In this document: piece by piece, positions 58,628 through 64,000 of the stretch | Position numbering within the stretch: position 1 is the stretch's first letter | Layout of the letters: every line of letters starts with the position of its first letter | NCBI GenBank assembly: GCA_016783425.1 | Contig: JADHWP010000001.1 | Coordinates: forward strand, 7,272-71,271 | Direction of reading: 5' to 3' | From: Candidatus Shapirobacteria bacterium | Lineage (GTDB): Bacteria; Patescibacteriota; Microgenomatia; UBA12405; BS750m-G30 | Length of the DNA stretch: 64,000 bases | Notes under the pieces: model-generated | What the model saw: only the letters and a program-made list of their open reading frames with translations | Databases searched by the model: none | Told to the model about the DNA's origin: nothing | Translations under genes and position numbers: made by a program

Positions 58628-59581
58628 CTATTTTTGTTCTCTTAATTTTTCGAGCGTAGCTCGAATCTCTGGCGAGACTTGTTGATTAGCCAACACTCTT
58701 TCAATAAATTTAGGAATTTTTCTTTCGTATGCGGGCGGATTTTCTTCCCCCTCGTTCATACGAATATGCAATCCTTCCATTGCGTCCTCATAATCTGTAA
58801 GTACTTGCTGAGTGATTTGACCCAACTCTTCCTCGCTATACATTTCTCGTAATGCCCCGAGAAGTTTTCCGAAGTCAGCGTTAAATTTTTCCGGTTTTTG
58901 CTCATAGCTTTGGAGTAAATGTAAAACTTTGTAGGCGAGAATGGTATCGGGTCTTGCAACATAGTAATCTTGCCCCTCAACATTTACTTTCGCAATTCTC
59001 CTCGCCCCATATGCTTCAACGGGGTCGCACATTACCTTAATTTGATTTTCTCCTTGCTTCAAAACTTTGCGCCCTTCTTCTGGAACTTCGTCAAAAGAGG
59101 GGCCACCACCACCCTTTTTTAATCTTACAGGACTGGCTTTATAGTGGTCGGTAGGCACATAATCCAAGTCGCCAATCTGGCGTGCAAAAGAAGCTAAAAT
59201 TATTCTGGCTGATTCAGGTATTTCTCTAGTACGGGCTTCGGCTAAAGCGGGAATTTGAGTCTCGTCCATTTCAGTAAATCTTTCAGCGCGAGATAAAAGC
59301 ATAGAGGCCAAAGAGCCGGAAAGATAATAATTCATTCTTGCTTCTGTTTCTATTCCTTCGGGGAGCTCCGGTAATTCAACTGTCGTCCCCTTATCATCAA
59401 TTTCTATAACTGGCTTTCTACCAGAATCTACTTGTGGCCAGCGACCAGTTAAATATTCTGCAAATTTCGTTGCCGATTCTAAAATTTCTTTTTGTTCAGG
59501 CGTGATTTCTATTTCCGGCTTCTCCACTCTGGGGGCTTCTTGTGGAGGAGTAAATTGTGGTTGTGGTTCAAAGTTTTCCAT
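58628..59581 (-). CDS. Hypothetical protein with nucleotidyltransferase-like motifs
   Basis: YYLSGSLA...GDLDYV...LAYK. Confidence 0.6.
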   Translation of the reverse strand: MENFEPQPQFTPPQEAPRVEKPEIEITPEQKEILESATKFAEYLTGRWPQVDSGRKPVIEIDDKGTTVELPELPEGIETEARMNYYLSGSLASMLLSRAERFTEMDETQIPALAEARTREIPESARIILASFARQIGDLDYVPTDHYKASPVRLKKGGGGPSFDEVPEEGRKVLKQGENQIKVMCDPVEAYGARRIAKVNVEGQDYYVARPDTILAYKVLHLLQSYEQKPEKFNADFGKLLGALREMYSEEELGQITQQVLTDYEDAMEGLHIRMNEGEENPPAYERKIPKFIERVLANQQVSPEIRATLEKLREQK

Positions 59582-59652
59582 ATTTTATTCTTCTATAAAA
59601 TAATCTGAATCAATTTTTTTGTTATACGACAGTTTTTTTGAATTATCTTTTT

Positions 59653-60468
59653 TCATAATGCTTTAAGTAAGCTGGTTTGATTAAGATTTTTTTGTTTCAA
59701 ATCCTTTGGTGTTCTTGACTCTCTTGGATCAAAGGAATCCAACATATTCGTTTCTTTCTTAATTCTATTTTCAGACATTTTAATGTAATCAGGGTTTATA
59801 TCAATCCCAATCCATTTTCTATTAAGAAAGTTGGCTACAACACTGGTTGTTCCGCTTCCAATAAAAGGGTCAAGCACAAGATCGTTTTTATTACTACTTG
59901 CGAGTATTATTCTTTTCATCAACGCTTCTGGTTTTTGTGTCGGGTGTTTTACTCTTTCGGGATTAGAGTAATGAACATGAGAAAATTTCCAAACATCGCC
60001 CGGATTTGCACCCCTCATGTTATTTCGTTCTCTATAGTACTTCTGTGGAATTCTTACCTCATCTAGATTGAAGGTAAAATTGTCTGATTTTGTAAAATAC
60101 AAAATATCCTCATGCCTTGGTGAGAATCCCTTTGTTCGTCCCATTCCTTGTGTATAGTGCCAAGTTATCCAACTGTTGAAATGAAAATCGAGTTTTTGGA
60201 GTATTAAAAATAGTCGGGAAATAAACCTAACTCCCATAAAAACATAGATACTGCCCGTGTCTTTCAAAATTCTTTTACTTTCTGTCAGCCAATCCAAAGT
60301 AAATTGTTCATATTCGTGCCATTGCTTCCAGTCGATATTATTTCCGTAATCTTTACCTAAATTATAGGGAGGGTCGGTGCAAATCAAATCAACGCTTCCA
60401 TCGGGAAGTTTTTTTAATTCCTCTATTGCGCTTCCTGTAATAAAATAATTGCTATTCATGTTATTCAC
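59653..60468 (-). CDS. Site-specific DNA methyltransferase (N4/N6, beta class)
   Basis: TDPPY precedes HPTQKP and LDPFIGSGTT. Confidence 0.95.
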   Translation of the reverse strand: MNNMNSNYFITGSAIEELKKLPDGSVDLICTDPPYNLGKDYGNNIDWKQWHEYEQFTLDWLTESKRILKDTGSIYVFMGVRFISRLFLILQKLDFHFNSWITWHYTQGMGRTKGFSPRHEDILYFTKSDNFTFNLDEVRIPQKYYRERNNMRGANPGDVWKFSHVHYSNPERVKHPTQKPEALMKRIILASSNKNDLVLDPFIGSGTTSVVANFLNRKWIGIDINPDYIKMSENRIKKETNMLDSFDPRESRTPKDLKQKNLNQTSLLKAL

Positions 60469-61234
60469 TAGATTTCAACCAATTAAATTTTTCAGCAAGC
60501 TTTATCCAAGGCTTAAGCCCCTTTGATTTTATGTATTTATTATCAATCATTTTTATAAATTGCTCTACGGTTTTTCTTTCTTCATCAACATAATGAATGT
60601 CTTTAATCTGCATTTGGCCAGTGCCTAATGCCGGATTGTAATTTAAGTCCTTAGCCGAAACATATTTGATATCATAAACATGATATGCTGTTATTTGCAT
60701 AATCCCATTCGTAATCCCGTCATCGTCTATTTTCTCACTAAATACTTTATGTTTTAGCGAGAGAACTAGAAAAATATAATCTGGATCATTTAAATATTCA
60801 TTTCTTATTCTTGCGAATGAAGTAATATTTGGGCTTTTCCCAGAAGTTAAAATATCTTCAGCTGTTGCTTTCGAATCCACATTTGCAGAAACATAGTCAT
60901 CTATACCTTTTAGTTTAAATTGCAAAATCATATCAAAGGGGTCGAGCCTTTTCCCTACCTCAACATTAACTAGGCCATATTTATTTCCCACCTTATCTGA
61001 TATTTCTTCAAATTTTTCTAAAGCCCATGCTTCAACAAATGGGCCAGCAACTTTGTTTATATTCTCCAGGGGCAACCCTCGTTTAAGATTTGTTCTAATA
61101 AAAATTTTATTGTTTCCACTGTCAATTGCTTCTTTAATTATCTCTCGAATTGCACCACATGCTCCATTAGACATTTTTGGATATAATGCTGATTCTTTTG
61201 GTAGTTTGCGTCTTTTCAAAATATTGTTTTTCAT
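60461..61234 (-). CDS. Probable type II restriction endonuclease
   Basis: GPFVE...PFDMIL...NVDSKAT PD-(D/E)xK-like pattern; coupled to the methyltransferase. Confidence 0.65.
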   Translation of the reverse strand: MKNNILKRRKLPKESALYPKMSNGACGAIREIIKEAIDSGNNKIFIRTNLKRGLPLENINKVAGPFVEAWALEKFEEISDKVGNKYGLVNVEVGKRLDPFDMILQFKLKGIDDYVSANVDSKATAEDILTSGKSPNITSFARIRNEYLNDPDYIFLVLSLKHKVFSEKIDDDGITNGIMQITAYHVYDIKYVSAKDLNYNPALGTGQMQIKDIHYVDEERKTVEQFIKMIDNKYIKSKGLKPWIKLAEKFNWLKSSE

Positions 61235-61239
61235 AATAT

Positions 61240-61410
61240 TTATTTCATTAAATTATCTAACGTAATACCTAATCCTTTAGCAACCTTCATTACTGTTTGA
61301 ATAGTGGGTTTGGTGATGACATTTGTTTCAATTTTGGTCAGCATTGTATAAAGAAGATCAGATTTTCTCGCCAATTCATCCTGCGTTAAACCGTGCTTGT
61401 TTAACCCTTC
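61240..61410 (-). pseudogene. 5'-truncated XRE-family HTH (C-protein-like)
   Basis: KHGLTQDELARKSDLLYTMLTKIETNVITKPTIQTVMKVAKGLGITLDNLMK*; no in-frame ATG upstream of the HTH before a stop. Confidence 0.7.
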
Positions 61411-61460
61411 ATAAATATGCTAACAAATAAAATGAAAACAGTCCAATTAAAAATTCTAAC

Positions 61461-61546
61461 TGGCGGAGGGGGTGGGATTTGAACCCACAAGAGCTTGCGC
61501 TCGCCGGTTCTCAAAACCGGTGGAATAGCCGTTATCCGACCCCTCC
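61461..61546 (-). tRNA. tRNA-Ser (TGA)
   Basis: GGAGGGG acceptor, CCGGT-TTTGAGA-ACCGG, long variable arm, GCCA end. Confidence 0.92.
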
Positions 61547-61550
61547 ACTA

Positions 61551-61662
61551 TTCAAATTCCAAATCCTAATATCTAAATTCTAGACAAATTCTAAATCCCA
61601 ATTTTTTAAACTTATTTAGAGTTTAGCATTTTTGTAAATTGAAAATTGTAAATTGTAAATTT
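61551..61662. repeat. Inverted pair of 7-nt-period arrays
   Basis: caaattc caaatcc taatatc taaattc... then tttagag tttagca...ttgtaaa ttgaaaa ttgtaaa ttgtaaa. Confidence 0.75.
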
Positions 61663-61667
61663 TCTTT

Positions 61668-61742
61668 TGGTGTCTCCGAAGGGAATCGAACCCCCAGTTC
61701 TTCCTCCGCAGGGAAGTGTTTTATCCGTTAAACTACGGAGAC
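61668..61742 (-). tRNA. tRNA-Arg (GCG)
   Basis: GTCTCCG/CGGAGAC acceptor, CTTCC-CTGCGGA-GGAAG, ACCA end. Confidence 0.93.
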
Positions 61743-61816
61743 GAGTTTAGTTAAAAGTTAAAAGTGAAAAGTTAATAGTTAAAAAATTCACTCTGGGAAT
61801 ATTTTATCATAAAAAT

Positions 61817-61850
61817 ACCCCCGAGGAGCCAAAGCGCACCTCGGGGGTGT
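61817..61850. repeat. Palindromic repeat family B
   Basis: acccccgaggagccaaagcgcacctcgggggtgt. Confidence 0.75.
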
Positions 61851-61899
61851 TGAGGCCGGGATTGTTATTTACCAAGACAAAAGGGTAAAATATCTTTAA

Positions 61900-62757
61900 A
61901 TGGTTTCGGTAATTATTACTGCATATCAAGAAAAAGAGACAGTAAGCAAGGCGATTGAGAGTTTTTTGCTCCAGTTAACTCATCAGGACGAACTTTTAGT
62001 GGTCGCTCCGGATAAAGATACTCTACTGGTAGCTCAAGCTGTTTCCGCTCAAGTAAAAACAATTGCCGATCAGGGGAAGGGAAAGCCAGCGGCTTTAAAT
62101 TTAGCTTTAAGCAAAGCCCAAGGGGAGCTGGTTATTTTAACTGATGGCGATGTTTGGACCCATGAAGCGAGTTTTAAAAATTTACTTCAAAAACTAAAAA
62201 ACCCCAAAACAGGCCTGGTTTCCGGCCGGCCGGTTTCTTTAAATGACCGGGGCAATATTTTTGGCTTTTGGGCTTACATTTTAACCAAAGTAGCCCATAA
62301 AATAAGACTGGACAAGGAAAACAGGGGCGAATACCTTGATGCTTCCGGCTATTTATTGGCGGCGAGAAAGCACTTACTTCCGGCGTTACCGGAAAAAGTA
62401 TTGGCCGATGATGTTTATTTTTCCCAAAAAGTATATTCTTTGGGCTACCGGATTGGCTATGCGCCTAAAGCCGAAGTTTACGTTAAGTATCCTGCTAATT
62501 TCAGAGATTGGTTGAAACAAAAAGTCAGGTCGACCGGCGGAGCCGGGGAAAAAATGGCAGAAGAAAGTCCGGTAATGCGCTCCTTTTTTAAAGAGGCAAG
62601 CGGCTTGAGGTATTTCTTGTCTTTTCCTGAAAATCCCAAGGAATGGTTTTGGCTTCTACTTCTTCTTTTGGCTCGGGTCTATGTTTGGTTACTGATTGTG
62701 GTGAAAATAAAACTTTTCAGAAAGCGCTTTTGGCCAAGAGTAGAAAGCACCAAGTAA
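61900..62757 (+). CDS. Glycosyltransferase family 2
   Basis: VSVIITAYQE, GKPAALN, LTDGD, ADDV, QKVRS. Confidence 0.9.
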   Translation: MVSVIITAYQEKETVSKAIESFLLQLTHQDELLVVAPDKDTLLVAQAVSAQVKTIADQGKGKPAALNLALSKAQGELVILTDGDVWTHEASFKNLLQKLKNPKTGLVSGRPVSLNDRGNIFGFWAYILTKVAHKIRLDKENRGEYLDASGYLLAARKHLLPALPEKVLADDVYFSQKVYSLGYRIGYAPKAEVYVKYPANFRDWLKQKVRSTGGAGEKMAEESPVMRSFFKEASGLRYFLSFPENPKEWFWLLLLLLARVYVWLLIVVKIKLFRKRFWPRVESTK

Positions 62758-62764
62758 GAGACTT

Positions 62765-62839
62765 TGGAGCTGGGGGTGGGAGTTGAACCCACGACCTAAC
62801 GCTTACAAAGCGCTTGCTCTGCCACTGAGCTACCCCAGC
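62765..62839 (-). tRNA. tRNA-Thr (TGT)
   Basis: GCTGGGG acceptor, AGCGC-TTTGTAA-GCGTT, CCA end. Confidence 0.95.
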
Positions 62840-62885
62840 AAAAGAGAATATTGTAGTTGATTATATCAAAAGGGGGATCTATAAA

Positions 62886-63043
62886 GTCTCGCTCGAAAGG
62901 CGCTAAGAGAGATTTTCCTCGGTAAGGAATAAGTGGGTGGACTGTTCTTTTGCCCACGGGCAAAGGAAACTTTCGTCCTCCCGATCCGAATTTCGTGGAG
63001 GAAAAACTTCTTTCTTAGTTGTTAAGCCTTTTCAAAGCGAGAC
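62886..63043 (-). ncRNA. Probable 6S RNA
   Basis: 158-nt rod with closing stem GTCTCGCT/AGCGAGAC, central bubble and terminal stem; own TTGACA-N18-TAGAAT promoter (63079-63050). Confidence 0.65.
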
Positions 63044-63095
63044 ATAATCATTCTAAGAGGTTTAATCTAGTCTTGTCAAGTGGTAAAATGGGCTT

Positions 63096-64000
63096 GTGAC
63101 AAAAAGAAGAGTGTATTTGGATTATGCGGCGACCACTCCGGTTTATCCGGAGGTAGTTCAGGCCATGGCCCCTTATTGGAATAAAAAATTTGGCAACCCC
63201 TCTTCTGTGCATTCCTGGGGCCAGGAAGCGAGAATGGCGATTGATAAATCTAGAGCCAGGGCAGCCGAACTTTTAGGAGTTGAGCCGATGGAAATCATTT
63301 TTACCGGGACCACCACCAGCTCTACTAATTTAGCTATTCAGGGAGTGGCTAAAGTTTTAAAAAACCAGGGAAATCATTTAATTACCAGCGCTATTGAACA
63401 TCATGGAGTTTTGGACGTGGTTAGGGGTTTGGAAAAACAAGGGTTTATTAATACTATCCTGGGAGTAGATAAGTATGGGCTGGTTGACTTGAAAGCTTTG
63501 GAGAGCGCAATTACTAAAAAAACTACCCTGGCAACGATTATGTATGCCAATAATGAAGTAGGTGCGGTTCAGCCAATCAAAAAAATTGCCAGGATAATTA
63601 AAAGTAAAGAAAAAGAGCTAAAAACCAAAATTTGTTTTCATGTGGACGCGGCCACAACGGTGGGCTGGCTGGATATTAAGGTTAATCGTTTAGGGGCGGA
63701 TTTACTTACCCTTGGGAGCCATAAATTTGGGGGACCCAAAGGAGTGGGAATCTTATATCTTAAAAAAGGAACGCCCTTGGCCCCCATTTTTTTTGGCGGC
63801 CACCATGAAAAAGGAATTTGGCCAGGAACGGAAGCCACTCCGTTAATCGTGGGGATGGTTAAAGCTTTGGAAATTTCTTTAAAAAACGAAAAAAAAGTTA
63901 AGTCCCGAGTAAAATCCCTGCGGGATCGTTTAATTAAAGGAGTGTTGCAAATTCCCAATACCCAGCTTACCGGGCATCCTCAAAAAAGACTGGCGGATAT
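63096..64000 (+). CDS. iscS: Cysteine desulfurase (IscS/NifS), runs off the window
   Basis: VYLDYAATTP, FGNPSSVH, AIEH, MYANNEVG, FHVDA, SHKFGGPKG; not in the ORF track because it is open-ended. Confidence 0.93.
   Translation, partial: MTKRRVYLDYAATTPVYPEVVQAMAPYWNKKFGNPSSVHSWGQEARMAIDKSRARAAELLGVEPMEIIFTGTTTSSTNLAIQGVAKVLKNQGNHLITSAIEHHGVLDVVRGLEKQGFINTILGVDKYGLVDLKALESAITKKTTLATIMYANNEVGAVQPIKKIARIIKSKEKELKTKICFHVDAATTVGWLDIKVNRLGADLLTLGSHKFGGPKGVGILYLKKGTPLAPIFFGGHHEKGIWPGTEATPLIVGMVKALEISLKNEKKVKSRVKSLRDRLIKGVLQIPNTQLTGHPQKRLAD

Larger units (their letters stand above)
58417..61466. mobile_element. Islet integrated at the tRNA-Ser 3' end
   Basis: 15-bp direct repeat AATTCTAACTGGCGG at 58417-58431 and 61452-61466, the latter overlapping the tRNA CCA end; cargo is an RM pair and an ORFan; no integrase seen. 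Confidence 0.75.

Noticed and set aside
57977-58645. Short overlapping ORFs on both strands
   Set aside because: They are composed of palindromic repeats with no protein-like composition.

Overview
Gene-dense, AT-rich bacterial chromosome segment. The gene set and style (reduced F1 subunits, leaderless genes, many E/K-rich ORFans) suggest a Patescibacteria/CPR organism, probably Microgenomates-like; this is inference. Housekeeping content: atpG-atpD-atpC, mreB, prs, pth, rplJL with an L10 leader, secE-nusG-rplK-rplA, rpmG, an ArgRS fused to a B3/B4 domain, two tandem class III RNR genes with redoxin and activase, a CsoR/CopA copper operon, iscS, eight tRNAs and a probable 6S RNA. Accessory content: five toxin-antitoxin pairs, a RAYT with dispersed REPs, and a tRNA-Ser-integrated islet carrying a restriction-modification pair. 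The most notable signals are four. (1) A complete T-box with an ultra-short stem I and Arg codons in its loop sits directly in front of two tRNA-Arg genes. (2) Two receiver-less OmpR/PhoB-type winged-helix regulators each lie beside ORFan genes; five ORFan promoters share 11-bp-periodic TGTCA boxes exactly 22 bp upstream of the -10. (3) A four-helix-bundle gene is enclosed by inverted 7-nt-period arrays, and orphan arrays of the same type occur across the window, including in frame inside argS, nrdG, trx and rplL. (4) Short palindromes are inserted in frame in unrelated proteins. All product calls come from motif recognition by eye; no searches were run.
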